The translations under genes and the position numbers were made by a program. DNA of 64,000 nucleotides. Source: Octopus vulgaris (lineage: Eukaryota). The stretch covers positions 11,718,001 to 11,782,000 of the forward strand of contig OX597828.1 in the NCBI GenBank assembly GCA_951406725.2, in the 5' to 3' direction. Shown piece after piece: positions 27,608 through 40,595 of the stretch (position 1 is the first letter of the stretch; every line of letters begins with the position of its first letter). The notes under the pieces were generated by a model, which had not been told where the DNA came from, ran no database searches, and saw only the letters and a program-made list of their open reading frames with translations.

Positions 27608-28005
27608 GGATCATTGGGTTTGAACGGCAGTTTTTTCTAGCGGTGTCATATGAAATTCTCACCCATAATTATGACCCTAGAATCGATCTATTGCATTTCA
27701 ATCTCTTTTAGGGTTAGGGTTAGGGGTGGGAGAAGGGTATCTTTTTTTCTTCACAAATGTTTCTTTAGCGGGGGACATATTTATACGGCACAGAATGCTT
27801 TTTAACTCAATAAACGTCACTGATTGGTTGAAATTGTAGAAACTGAAGAAAAAAACAACAAATATCTTACAAACTATAGAATTTTCTCAATAAAGCCAAG
27901 AGAAAAGGATGTTTTATAAACACATTCTACCAGTATACGAAGTTTAAAAGTCTTTAGTTACCTAGAAATTATGTTAAAAACTGCCGTTCAAACCGAAAAG
28001 ATACC
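27608..28005. mobile_element. Telomeric-repeat-carrying MITE (opposite orientation to 3761)
   Basis: Degenerate TIRs, perfect 8-bp TSD CTTGTTTC, (TTAGGG)3. Confidence 0.9.
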
Positions 28006-28494
28006 CTTGTTTCTCTATCAATCCGACACAGACTGTCCCACGATCAAGATGATTCTAAAGTAAATTCTTAGAGAAACAAATTTTGAAAAAAGTGAATTTA
28101 TTCAATTTATGAATATACAAAAGAATCGAAGACGTTCCTGCATTAAAGCGGAGGTTTGGCGATGTATTCTTAATTTTGACAGTGAAGCTTTAGTTGTCAA
28201 AAAGCGTTCTGTCCGTGACCACACTGAATTTAGCCTGTCCGCTCATCATTCTCTGCTATGTTAGACTCGCATGGCTTTGGAGGCTTCAGACAGTTTGTGT
28301 AAAGATTATATATAAATTTTTAGACAGACAATGAGCTTGTAGTTTTATGCCAGCTCATTATTTTCATCCTCGGCTATAAGAATCCGATTGATATGACCAG
28401 CGAATTAGGTTTTTAATTTAACCTTCCGTAGTTATTATAAATATAGAGATTAACGAATTTCTGTACAATTTCATGTTATACCAGTATTCAATAT

Positions 28495-28710
28495 TTGGTT
28501 TCAAATTTTGGCACAAGGTCAGCAAATATGGGGGAGAAGGTAAGTCGTTTACATCTACCCCCGTGTTCAACTGGTACTTATTTTATTGACCCCGAATGGA
28601 TGAAAGTCGAAGTCGACCTCGGCAGAATTTGGCCTCAGAACGTAAGGACGGACGAAATGCGGCAAAACATTTTGCCCGGCATTCTAAAGATTCTACCAGT
28701 TCGCTGTCTT
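28495..28710 (-). mobile_element. SINE family A-related copy
   Basis: ACTGGTACTTATTTTATTGACCCCGAATGGATGAAAGTCGAAGTCGACCTCGG. Confidence 0.8.
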
Positions 28711-29674
28711 TGAGTATCCAAATATTAAATGCGACTATGTTCATGCCTGGTCTTTTCGATTAAAAATTTTTCTTGTTTTCTTCTTAGTCATTTATGCCTG
28801 ACTTGGAGCAGTAATTTTACTTAAATCATAAGGCTGACGCTGCGATATTTCCTCAATGTCATTTTGAAAGAAATAAAAAGACTATTGTAATAGTATACTG
28901 TTGGCAGATTCTGCAGTACGTCATAACGGGTCATGGGAACAACTTATAACTGATAAAATCATCAATGCCTTATTCAAAATCATATTACGGTTAATCCTGG
29001 TAGATTTCATGATATCTAACAGTATTTCCCGCTATATGAAATTATTCTCAAAACTTTGTGCATCCTAAAGCAGAACGCATGGACAACACGCCGTTGCAAA
29101 AGGTCCTTTTGAAAAGGAAACTATAAATCTTGAAATGTCAGGCAGATGGAATTAGAAACGCTATTGTTCCATACCAAATACTAGTAAAGGAACATGAGAT
29201 TTATTGTTGTGTGTGCATACACACACATTTATGTCTTAGTATTTGAAGAATATTGTTCCCTTAATTATTCTTCATTGGTTTACATGTTATGCAGTTTAAT
29301 CGACGACATATTTAAGTTTATCACTCGTCCAACTTAGCTATTCTCACTACCACATGGAGATTAAATAGTAGACACCTTAAGAAGACATACCTTAGCGTGT
29401 CTATTATACTAATGTTTAAAATGAGCTGCAGAGCAAAAATATCCTTTAACAATGTTTTCATTTAACCCATGGATATCGTTATATCATCCTACTTGTTTCG
29501 TTAGCATCCCCCCCAAGATATTTGTATGATTATCATAATTTGAACAACTGGAAGTATATTTATTAATCATAGTCAAATGATAATACGCAATAAATTATCA
29601 ATATAAATTCAGCACATTGGTGAATTTATATTCAATAATTTCTCTTACTATCTATTCGTTTTTGCAAGGTGACA

Positions 29675-30390
29675 TTAACACAGCGGACAAACTGCTTAAC
29701 AGAATTTTATCCGTCTTTAAGATCGGAGTTGAAATTTCTCAAGAGGTTGACTTTTCGTTCATTCTGGTTCGATAAAATAAATACTAGTCAAGCAATAGGG
29801 TCGATGTAATCGACTAGCCCCATGCCTTCAAAATTTCAGGAACTGCGTCTATAGTAGAAAGAATAATTAATCCATTTTATAGAATCTTCTGAGCGGATTC
29901 CAAAGAGTTCAATGTACTTCAAAGTAACATTTAAAGGGTTTCAGGTGTGATGTTAAGATAATTCAATAAGTCTTTTAAGAAAAACATATTTTATGCAAGA
30001 AAAAAAAGTGTACAAAATAGAGATTTTGCATTTCAATAACTGGCATGTTGCTCGGCGCCTTTGGCAAATGTCTTCCACTATAATCCCGAACCGAATAATG
30101 GCTTGAGAGCGGATTTGGTAAAACTAATACAAAAGAAAATATTATATTACTTCTTCAAAGCGACAGCAAGGCGTTGAGCTGGTAGAGTCGTTTGCATGCC
30201 AGGCAAAATTCTCAGCCTCATTTCGCCCGGCCTTATGTCTTGAGTTTAAATTCCGTCGAGTTCGTCTATGACCTTCATCCTTTCAGGTTCGATAAAATAA
30301 GTAGCAGCTGAGCACTAGGGTCGCTGTAATCGATATCAAACAATCCCTACAAAATAATTTCAGGCCATGTGCGTATAGTAGAAAGAATTT
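29675..30390 (+). mobile_element. Two diverged SINE family A copies (29675-29865, 30170-30390) with a family B fragment between them
   Basis: Central TCGATAAAATAA.TA..AG block and TATAGTAGAAAGAAT tail. Confidence 0.7.
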
Positions 30391-30511
30391 CTTCAACAGC
30401 AAAATGCAATTCCTAATCATTCAAACCACTTCTAAGCCATTAGTGATGTTTAACAGAAGCAGCAGAAGAGCGCCTAAAATTGGAAAAGAAAAAAATTCAA
30501 CAGTATTAACG

Positions 30512-30667
30512 TAGGCGTGGCTAAATGGTAAGAAGCTTGCTTCCCAACTCCATGGTTCCAGGTTCAGTCCCACTGCGTGGCAACTTCTACGCTAGTCTCA
30601 GGAAAACCAAAGCCTTGTGAGATGATTTGATTGACGGAAACTGAAAGAAGCCCTTCGTATATATGTT

Positions 30668-30755
<88 letters not shown>

Positions 30756-30930
30756 TCCCCCTACTACCGCTTGACAACCGGTTGGTGGTGGATTTATCTC
30801 CCTGTAACTAAACGGTTCGGCAAAAGAAAGTGATAGAGGAAGTACCAGGCTTAAGAAATTAAGTACTGTGTTAGATACATTCAATTAACATTTCAAGGAG
30901 GTGCCCCAGCATGGCCGCAGTCAAATGGCT
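30512..30930 (+). mobile_element. SINE family B, near full length with internal (TA)n(TG)n
   Basis: Head, central microsatellite and CAGCATGGCCGCAGTCAAATG tail. Confidence 0.85.
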
Positions 30931-31569
30931 TGGCTTTAAAGATAAAATCATTTTTCAAATTGAAATGGTGATCTGATATTTGTCAGGTTTTAGATGACTG
31001 GAAACTTATAATGGTGGCGAGTCGGAAAATAAAAACAAAACGAAAAGGAATACACAAATGACATGTGTTCATCTGATTTATTTCAAAGAATTGTTACAAG
31101 TCAGGAAATATTATTATTTCTTTGCCATTAAAATCCAGAGAGGTTTTCATCAGCGAAACGGTTTAAACATCAAAAGAGTCCTCTATTGTGTAGATGTTTC
31201 GATCAAAGGCAAAAAGACCTGTTTATAAAAATGTGATATCAGTATTATGTTAATAGAATTCAATATTAGTAGTAGTAGCATTCTTAATAAGATTGCCATT
31301 GATCTTTAATTTAGAAATTTCATCACTTATGTGACAAAGTAAAGAAGATAAAAGCAAGTATTGGTTGTTTACACATAATGTTTAGTATTTTCATTACAAT
31401 GATCTGGTTCATGGTTCCTCCGTTGTATAATAATGTATTTGCTAAGTTGGCTTTCGATAAATTACTCACTTAGAATAGTCTTCAAATATAGTGTAAGCAA
31501 AATGTATAAATATATATAAATATATATATATATTTATATACATACACACACACATATACTTTTATCCTT

Positions 31570-31772
31570 TTATTCTTTTACTTGTTTCAGTCATTTGATT
31601 GCAGCCATGCTGGAGCACCACCTTTAGTCGAACAAACCAACCCCAGGACTTATTCGTTGTTAGCCTTGTATATATTTTATCTGACTCTTTTTCCAAACCA
31701 CTAAGTCACGGGGACGTAAACACATCAACATCGGTTGTCAAGCGAAGGTGGGAGACAAACACAGACACACAA

Positions 31773-31828
<56 letters not shown>

Positions 31829-31950
31829 AAACACACACACACATAGATATATATATATATATACGACGGGCTTCTTTCACTTTCCGTCTACAAATCGACT
31901 CACAAGGCTTTTGTCGACCCGACGCTATAGAAGAAGACATTTGCCCAAGT
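31570..31950 (-). mobile_element. SINE family B, 5'-truncated
   Basis: Reverse complement of the tail, central (CA)n and part of the head. Confidence 0.85.
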
Positions 31951-32642
31951 TGATTGGTTAGCAGTAAGAAAGATGTCCAGATTTCTTTAAAAAATTACTG
32001 TGTAAAATATTCTGAGAAAAAGTATATTTTTCACCACAACAAAATACACACACACACACACACATATGTATGTGTCTCTGTGGTAACTTGAGCTACTACA
32101 AATAGCAGTCAAATCTCTCTCTCTCTCTCAAAACACACTCTTTCATCAAAAGAAATACACGGATTTGCAGTATTTCAGGAAGAAAAAGAAAACAAATTAT
32201 ATGAGGCGTCAGCTACATCAGAAGCAACTCTGGGCTAATCAAAACACAGACAAACATACTTCACATTAAAAGATTATCTACTAAATAATACAAATAAAAT
32301 TGACATATCTTCGAAGTTTCATTCCCTGGTAAATCTCCATGTATTTTAAATATTTTCTCATTAAGTTCAATGACATAAAAAAAGTTTCGTCAAGATTGAT
32401 TCACTGGTGTAGACAGCAAGATGGTAACAGACAGATAGAAATTGCCATAAATAAATATATATATAGATAGATAGATACGTATTTAAGTGTGTTTGTGTCT
32501 GTGTAAAACACCATCTTCCCCAAATCCTTACATAAATGATTCGAGTGTGCTATGAACACATATTCGTCGTAAAGATGTTCTCCGGTGATGAAACTTACCA
32601 GCGATTAGCACATTAACGTTCGAATCTGACAGAACGTATTAT

Positions 32643-32885
32643 ATTTCTTTATTGCCCGCAAGGGGATGTCATTTCAGGGAAAGAAATAGAGGGGACAAAC
32701 AAGGTCAGACAAACGGATTAAGTCGATTACATCGACCCCAATGCGAAACTGGTACTTAATTTATCGACCCCGAAAAGGATGAAAGGCAAAGTCGACCTCG
32801 GCGGAATTTGAACCCAGGACATAACGGCAGACGAAATACTGCAAAGCATTTCGCCCGGCGTGCTAACGTTTCTGCCAGCTCGCCG
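32643..32885 (-). mobile_element. SINE family A, full length with ~13-bp TSD
   Basis: TSD ACAGAACGTATTA / ACGGAACGTATTA. Confidence 0.9.
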
Positions 32886-33250
32886 GACGGAACGTATTAA
32901 GTATGTAAATCATCATTTGGCTTCTCGCTGTTCACAGTAAATATGACGATTAAATATCGGTTTGCAGATATCAGAACAAATCAGCAAAATTTTCTTTCGC
33001 TGAAATGACATCGCATTTCTCTGCTAATACGATAAGAGTCGGTGCTCATAAATATTTGATTCGGAAGAACGGCTTGTGATGTATTTGGTGTCTTCAAAGA
33101 ATATTTTACCAGCATATCTTTTTAAACATAAAATGCTATCACCTCAGAAGCTTCGCTCTCTTGAAGTTGATCGTTTGTTATTTGTTCTATCTTGAAAACG
33201 AACTCGAAGAGCAGATCATAAAAGAGAGCAAAGTCCAGCGTTTATCTATT

Positions 33251-33256
<6 letters not shown>

Positions 33257-33316
<60 letters not shown>

Positions 33317-33610
33317 AACACACACATACACACACACACACACAAATGCACAAACAAACACACACAGAAACACAGGTACACACACACAAACAAACAAACA
33401 CACACAAACACATACACACGCAAACAAACACACACACACACACAAACAAACACACACACAGAAACACAGGCACACACACAACCACATGCACACACATTCA
33501 CATACATTTACATTTGTATACATGTACGTGTGTGTGTGTGTGTTTTTCTGCCTGCCCGTCTGTCGGTATTTATATATTTATGTACGTATATGTGTGTGTG
33601 TCTGTCTGTC
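33257..33610. repeat. (CA)n-rich microsatellite
   Basis: Direct reading. Confidence 0.95.
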
Positions 33611-33618
33611 CGTATATG

Positions 33619-34580
33619 CGAGGGGGTGTCCAAAAGAAACCGGAACTTTGTGATATTATTTTATTCGCTTAGTTTTACATGTTTACACTTTTAGTTTTAC
33701 ATGTTTACACTTTTATTACCTTCAAAGTATTCTCCATTTTTGAAGCAATGCATCGGTCCAGATGCGTTTTCCACTGTTCGAAACTGTCCCGTCGTCTTTT
33801 TCTTCGCAACTTCTGCATGTGAAAAACGTGTTCCTTTAAGGACTTTTTTATTCGAGAAAAAAAATGTCGCAATGAGCAAAATCGGGTAAATAGGCAAGGT
33901 GGGTAAGAGGGGTCATGCCATTTTTGATCAAAAACTGTCTCACACTCAAGGTAGTCTGCGCAGGCGCATTATCGTGATGGAACCACTACTCTCCATTTTG
34001 CCAGGTCGTGGCATTTTCATCTCACTGCGTCTCGCAAATGCTTCAGAACAGCCAAGTAAAATGTTTAACAGTTTGACCAGGTGGAATAAATTCGGCGTGA
34101 ACAATTTCTTTTTACATCAGGCATCATCTTGATATTGGCCTTCACTTGACGCGCTTTTTGGGGCGTGGTAACATTGATTGCTTCCATTGATTTGATTGCT
34201 GCTTCGTTCCCGGTTCGTAGCCGTAGCACCAACTTTCGCCACCAGTGATGACCTTCAAAAAAGGTCCGTATCAACTTCTAACTCTTCTTTCTGTTCAGAC
34301 ACGCATTCAGCCGAGACTGTTTTTGATCTTCCATGAGCAAGCGAGGCACAAACTTTGCTGAAACTCTTTTCATTCGCAATTCTTCGCTTAAAATTCATTG
34401 GCAGGAGCTCCAGGACACACCAGTCATATCAACAAGCTCGTCAATTGTTTGGCGACGGTCCTCCATGTTCAGTCCACGAATTTTCATGATGTTTTCTTTC
34501 GTTCGCAGTGAAGGAGGTTGGTTTTCAAGCGACAAGGAACTATTCCTAAAACGCGGAAACCATTCATATGCATGTCATTG
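33619..34580 (-). mobile_element. Mariner (Tc1/mariner) transposon relic with degenerate transposase and one TIR
   Basis: TIR-like CGAGGGGGTGTCCAAAAG. Minus-strand motifs AKFVPRLL, ITGGESWCYGYEPGTKQQSNQW, HHDNAPA, YLPDFAHCD (YSPDLAPCD-like), NGEYFEG. Confidence 0.9.
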
Positions 34581-34584
34581 TTCG

Positions 34585-34992
34585 TTTTATTTCAGCATTT
34601 CTTGCCAATAAAGAAAGAGTCGGTTTCTAACATAGAGTCAAGGCTCTTTCATAGGAAGTTCAACATCAACAACAGGGTATTTTCGTTTGTTTGTTTGTAT
34701 ATATGTATATATATATGTGCAGATTTTATGTTTTGTTTTATGTATGTATTCTCACGCATATAGTTCCATATCTAGACATGCTCATATATATTTAAATGAT
34801 AAACTTCTGGAAAGTTTTTCAGATAGTTACAGTTTCAGTGATGGTTTGGATCTCTAGTCTTCGAATTAGCTTTCTCCTTTCTGGTTTTGAGAAGCATGAT
34901 TTCTCAAGATTGGAATTTAGGCAGTGTGTTACATAACCCAGGGCTCCAATAATCACAGGTATAAACCTGAACTTGTAATCTGGACAGAGAAT
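34585..34992 (-). mobile_element. R4/Dong-like RLE LINE 3' fragment (second subfamily)
   Basis: LCPDYKFRFIPVIIGALGYVTHCL...KLIRRLEIQTITETV is homologous to the 11400-11600 region; followed by a 3' UTR. Confidence 0.8.
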
Positions 34993-35166
34993 GTATGCAT
35001 GTAGGTATGTATGCATGTATAGACTCATATTCCGAAAGAAATGGATGTACATGTGCAAACATACATATACAAGCACACAGATTTATACGACTCATATAGA
35101 TACGTATTACGCAAACACGAAATCATACGTGCAAATCTCATTATTAACACCTGTATATGTATAAAC

Positions 35167-35198
<32 letters not shown>

Positions 35199-35301
35199 GT
35201 GTGTGTGTATGTATATATACATGCATATATGTAAATATACATGCATACATATATATATGTATGTATATATATATATACATATATATATGTATGTATATAG
35301 G

Positions 35302-35338
<37 letters not shown>

Positions 35339-35355
35339 ATGTATGTATATATATA

Positions 35356-35699
35356 TACATTATTTACATTAAACGGATATTTGTCCTCATCTTGTTTGTT
35401 GTTAACACAACGTTTCGGCTGATATACCCTCCAGCCTTCATCATAATATCTTCGGAATGAGAACCTGGGTTCTCATTCCTAAGATATTTTTCGATGTTGT
35501 TATTCTTCTTCTTCTTTTTCTTCTTATTATTAATATTCAGGTCACTACCTGGAATCGAACTCGGAATCTTGGGCTTCGTAGCCCGCGCTCTTTTACCACT
35601 ACGCCATGGGTAATTATGAAGTGAATTTTAGCGCTTATAAATATAAGGCTTACAAATATCCGTCAAATATTAATAATGTACATAATTCCTCATCTCTTA

Positions 35700-35700
<1 letters not shown>
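35356..35700 (-). mobile_element. Composite short element: tRNA-like Pol III head, long hairpin, hammerhead-like motif, imperfect 29-bp inverted ends
   Basis: Minus strand: A-box TGGCGTAGTGG and B-box GAGTTCGATTCC (35541-35608); hairpin 35445-35488; ATGATGA-A-GGCTG-loop-CAGCC-GAAACGTT (35409-35443). Inverted repeats 35356-35384 / 35652-35680. Confidence 0.7.
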
Positions 35701-35736
<36 letters not shown>

Positions 35737-36386
35737 ATGTACCTATACACACACACACACACACACAAACATAAATGATGTAATTAATTAGTTACAGTAG
35801 AATAAATACTTGATTACATGATAATATGTGATAGTCTATCTGTGTGTGTTAATACGTACGTATAAGCCAACGAAATCTTCAGAAATAATAATAAAACAAC
35901 AATAATAATGTTAATGATAACAACAACAATAAAAATAATAGCAACAACAATAATAGTGATAATTACAATGACGTCATTAAGAAAATTTGAGAAGAGAAAT
36001 ATGCTACATTTCAATTTTGGAACCTGCTGAAGTATGCCTTCTCATCTACTTTGCTTTATGGAAATTTTAATAGATAAAATTTATTGATATTCGCAAACAG
36101 CTTCTACAGTTTCTCTTGAATTATTTGTCTCTACTACGCCCCTGGATATATTTTCATATCTTAGTTAATTGGAAAGTAAAATATTAAATCCAATATGAAA
36201 CACTAAAATATTATATAAATATTTCCCATTGCCACTAGCGCTGTGGCTTGTTTCAAGTATAACTAATATTGGCATATTATTTGTGTACATACTTAGGTTT
36301 GCTGTTACTTTAATGAAGTTTTATTATAGTAAGTGGTGCGGCTAGTCAAAATTAATAAATGTAGTATACATGATTCGAGACAAATA

Positions 36387-36951
36387 TTGTGTTGTCCGGA
36401 AAGTTCGTGCCGATTTTTAAAGGAAAGAAAAAGGTTAATAAATACTTGCCATTACATTTTTAATCGACCAAATATGAACCATTTTGTTGCGCAATGCGTC
36501 TCCATCATTCCTTTAACTTGAAAATACCCTCTTCCCAGAAATGAGGTGGTTTTATGGCAAAGAATTCATCAAGGTATCTTTTTACGTCATCCAAGGAACT
36601 GAAATTTTTATCATTAAAACTATTCTGCAGAGACGTGAATAAGTGGAAATCTGAAGGAGCAATATCTGGTGAATATGGAGGGTGGGTAACACATCCCAGC
36701 CGAGCTGCAGCAATATTTGTCTGGTTCCTAAAGCATCAAGTGCCGAAAATCAACTTTCTTATCTTCCATTTTAAAGGGTTACAGAATTAACACAGGTTAT
36801 AGGAACATAAACCTTCTTCCACGAAAAGATAGCTTAAACTGTGCTGTAAATGGATGTGTAGTCAAATCCTATTTTATGGACTCAACCATGTTCTAAAATA
36901 AGTTGAAAGGTAAGCAAATACATATCGGCACGAACTTTCCGGACAACCCAA
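36387..36951 (-). mobile_element. Internally deleted non-autonomous mariner with both TIRs and TA TSD
   Basis: TIR TTG(T/G)GTTGTCCGGAAAGTTCGTGCCGAT at both ends, flanked by TA. Minus strand encodes HPPYSPDIAPSDFHLFTSLQN...FWEEGIFKL...QNGSYLVD*. Confidence 0.92.
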
Positions 36952-37354
36952 TATATAGAAAACAGAATATAAATGTGCTGAGCGTTTTTACCAAACGTCG
37001 AACAAAATTTTCAAATGGTACTATATTGTTCTTTTATTTTCATTGTGGTGCTCCTTATGCCCTGGCAACTCAGATCTATGACTTTTCTAGGCACAATCGA
37101 GCCCCCCCCACCCACACACTCACAACCAACCACATTATACGGTGAGTCCCTACGATTAAGACTGTGGTATATAAGAGGAGGGAAATTTAGCCACCATTTC
37201 ATGTAGGTCGAATGTTCACATAGTGTACCCCTCACTGGGTCATGAGATATTGGTAAAGGTGATGTTGACTTATTAATATTGTTCATATTGACGCTGCTTT
37301 TCGGTTTACTCGACTACATATTTTTCCTTTGAAGATAAGTATCAGCGAAATGTA

Positions 37355-37539
37355 GTATGTATGCATGTATGTGTGTATGTGCGTATTTGTGTGTTTGTGT
37401 ACACATGTATCTGCGTATGTTTGTATGCATCCATGCGTTGCATGAAATTGCGAACCTACTAAAGTATGTGTCTATATATGTGTGTAAATGTATATGCATA
37501 CACAGATTCATACATACATGTATAACTATATATGTATAC

Positions 37540-37575
<36 letters not shown>

Positions 37576-37695
37576 TTATGTGTGTGTGTGTGTTTGTGTG
37601 TGTATATGCACACACATATATATATATATGTAAATTTGTTTGTGACTGTGTGTTTGTGTGTGTACCTGTATGTGTGTGTGTGTTGGTGTGGGTGT
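37355..37695. repeat. (TG)n/(TA)n microsatellite region
   Basis: Direct reading. Confidence 0.9.
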
Positions 37696-39337
37696 GAATT
37701 TGAGCAGAGTAAAAGTGTGATTATGTATTTCTTTACATAGTAACTTATATACGTCAACATGTGAATGATTCATAGATCTTTGATATCTTCACAAAAGACA
37801 ATGATAAATGATTCCATAAAAAGAATGTCTGCGAAAGATTTGAGAAATCTGATACATTCTAACTCTGTGATGTACAAAAGAAAAGTGAAACTCCTCTTTG
37901 ACTTTCGTAGAAGAAAGGAAAAACAACAGCGCTTAACACTTTTGGTTAGCGTTACATATATTTAATAACAGTTTGACGCAGGCTCACAATATTTATATAC
38001 ATAAATACACATCTATATACGAGGGGGTGGGGCAGAAAAGTCCTTGTGTTTAAGGGTGTCGCGAAAGGCCTGGTTGGAGGCCCAGCCTTCCGTGTTCTTT
38101 TATGGGGCTCAGAGAAATTACGCAATCCCTGCAATTTTTGGAGGGAAATATGTTGAATAAAATCATAATTAACTGATCCTACTCTATTTTCTTTTACCCA
38201 AAGCCGGAAACAGGTATGTAAAATCAAAGGACTGAGAGAGAGAGAATAATCGACTTTATTCAAGACTGGTACTTTACTTATCAACCCCAAAAGGGCGAAA
38301 GAGAAATTAGCACCAACGGGATATCAAGTCAGAGAGACCAAAAAATTTCACCATAAATCAACCTAAATGTCTGGATTTGTTTGTTTGAGTGTGCGTATGT
38401 GTTGGTATGTAAAATCAAAGAAAGAAAGAAAGAGTCTGGGAGAGAGATGGAGGGGAAGAGAGAGATGAAGAGGAAGAAAGGGAAAACATGAGTTAGAAAG
38501 TCGAAAGCTATTTGTGAGGCTGGAGAATTGCAAGAACAGTAGCGACAACAGATAGATTTAGAGAAAGGAGGAAGAGAGAATTCTAATGAAAGTAAGTAGA
38601 GTTCTTGTTGTTGGGTATTTATTTCTCCCTAGGTGAGTGGAGTGAGTAGTAAGGTGAGAAAAGTCAACCTGTACAACAAATGCATTTCAGGTTAAAGTTG
38701 GAAAATAAAGCAGACGGAAGCGAAGTTAGAATTATGAGAGATTTGTGAATCCGTATGTTATTGTGTAACGAACATTTATAGAAATACACACACACACAAA
38801 CGCAATTCTTCTATGTTTGTTTCTAAGCCAGAGATTATGGCTAGGATCAAATTGTACATCAAAAATAAATATTTTCTGGCAACGAATTCTTGTCTAAATT
38901 TATCACACTATAATTTTTTAAAATTTGATTGTTATTGTTGCCAAGAGAATCAAAATTTGATGTTTTACCATAACTGAGAAGAATATATATATTCATAAAT
39001 ATATTCATATGCCTTTGTTTATATACATAATTATAGGATACATTATGTTACTAAAGATTGATTTTGCGCTTGATAACGATGGGCGATAATCATGGGTATT
39101 TTGGTGGTTTTTCCCTATATTTTGGAGACACTGTATGTTGCAGTTGTGCTGTCCATTAATATTATCTTATCAAGTTATATCTATGTTGCAATAACACTGT
39201 AATGCAGTCGATTATCTCCAGTTCAAACCTGATTGAGCTGACCTGTTATAAAATGACTTCCAGCCATGACCGTCTTGTCTTTTTTTTTCTTTTTAGTTAT
39301 CTGAAACTGTATTATCTTATGCATCTTTCCCGTTGTT

Positions 39338-39790
39338 GGATCTTTTCGGTTTGAACGGCAGTTTTTTTCTAGCGGTGTCACATGAAATTGTCACCCATAA
39401 TTATAACCCTAGAATCGATCTATTGCATTTCAATTTGTTTTAGGGTTAAGGTTAGTTAGGGTTAGTTAGGTTTAGGGTTAGGGTTGGTGTTAGAGTTAGG
39501 GGAAGGGTATCTTCTTTTCTTCACAAATGTAAATAAACCCAATCTGTATCTTAAACGAGGGGCATAGTCATACGGCACAGAATGCTTTTTAACTCAATGG
39601 ACGTCACTGATTGGTTGAAATTGCAGTAATTGAAGAAAAAACAACAAATACCTTACAAACTATAGAATTTTCTCAATAGAGCCAAGAGAAAAAGATGTTT
39701 TATAAACACATTCTACCAGTATACGAAGTTTAAAATTTTTTAGTTACTAAGAAATTATGTTAAAAACTGTCGTTCAAACCGAAAAGATCC
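39338..39790. mobile_element. Telomeric-repeat-carrying MITE
   Basis: Near-perfect TIRs, perfect 8-bp TSD CCGTTGTT, TTAGGG/TTAG tract at ~39440-39500. Confidence 0.92.
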
Positions 39791-39904
39791 CCGTTGTTAA
39801 GACAACGAGGTATGGATTTGATGACATTTGAGTGCCTCTTTCAAGCAGTCGCATGAAGCCACACTTCTTGACTCTTGATAAATACATTTTAAGTCGGTAC
39901 GAGG

Positions 39905-40595
39905 TGGTGGTTATTAGCATAGTGGTAGCGGTATTCGGCACACGATCGTTAGTTTGTAAGTTCGATTCCCGGCCACGTCTTATGTTCTTGAGCAAGACAC
40001 TTTATTTCATGATGCTCCAATCCATATGGCTGGTAAAAATTCGTTATACTTGTATTTCAAAAGGGCCAGCCTTGTCACATCCTGTGTCACGCTGAATCTC
40101 CTTGTGAATAAGGCGGCGAGCTGGCAGAAACGTTAGCACGCCGGGCGAAATGCTTAGCGGTATTTCGTCTGCGTTACGTTGTGAGTTCAAATTCCGCCGA
40201 GGTCGACTTTGCCTTTCATCCTTTCGGGGTCGATAAATTAAGTACCAGTTACGCACTGGGGTCGATGTAATCGACTTAATACCTATGTCTGTCCTTGTTT
40301 GTCCCCTCTGTGTTTAGCCCCTTGTGGGTAATAAGAAGTAGGTATTTTGTCTGTCTTTATGTTCTAAGTTCAAATTCCATCGAGGTCGACTTTACCTTTC
40401 ATCCTTTCTGGATCGATAAATTAACTACCAGTTGCGAACTGGGGTCGATCTAAGTAGAAACGAATTTCCTTGTGAGCTACTTTAAGGGTACGCGTGTCTG
40501 TGGAGTGCCCGGCCATTTGCTCGTTAATTTCTCGAGTAGGCTGTTCCGTTCATCGGACCTACTGGAACCCTCGTCGTCGTAACTGCGTGAGTACC
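39905..40595 (+). mobile_element. Older family C SINE with a nested young family A SINE (~40110-40450)
   Basis: Tail homologous to 60055-60240. The insert is flanked by GAATCTCCTTGTGA / GAATTTCCTTGTGA. Confidence 0.85.

Noticed and set aside
28183-28264. Acceptor-like TTTTGACAG followed by EALVVKKRSVRDHTEF...
   Set aside because: Short, no recognisable homology, no supporting neighbouring exons.
38018-38140. TACGAGGGGGTG...AAAAG mariner-like terminus
   Set aside because: No matching second TIR or transposase remnant found.
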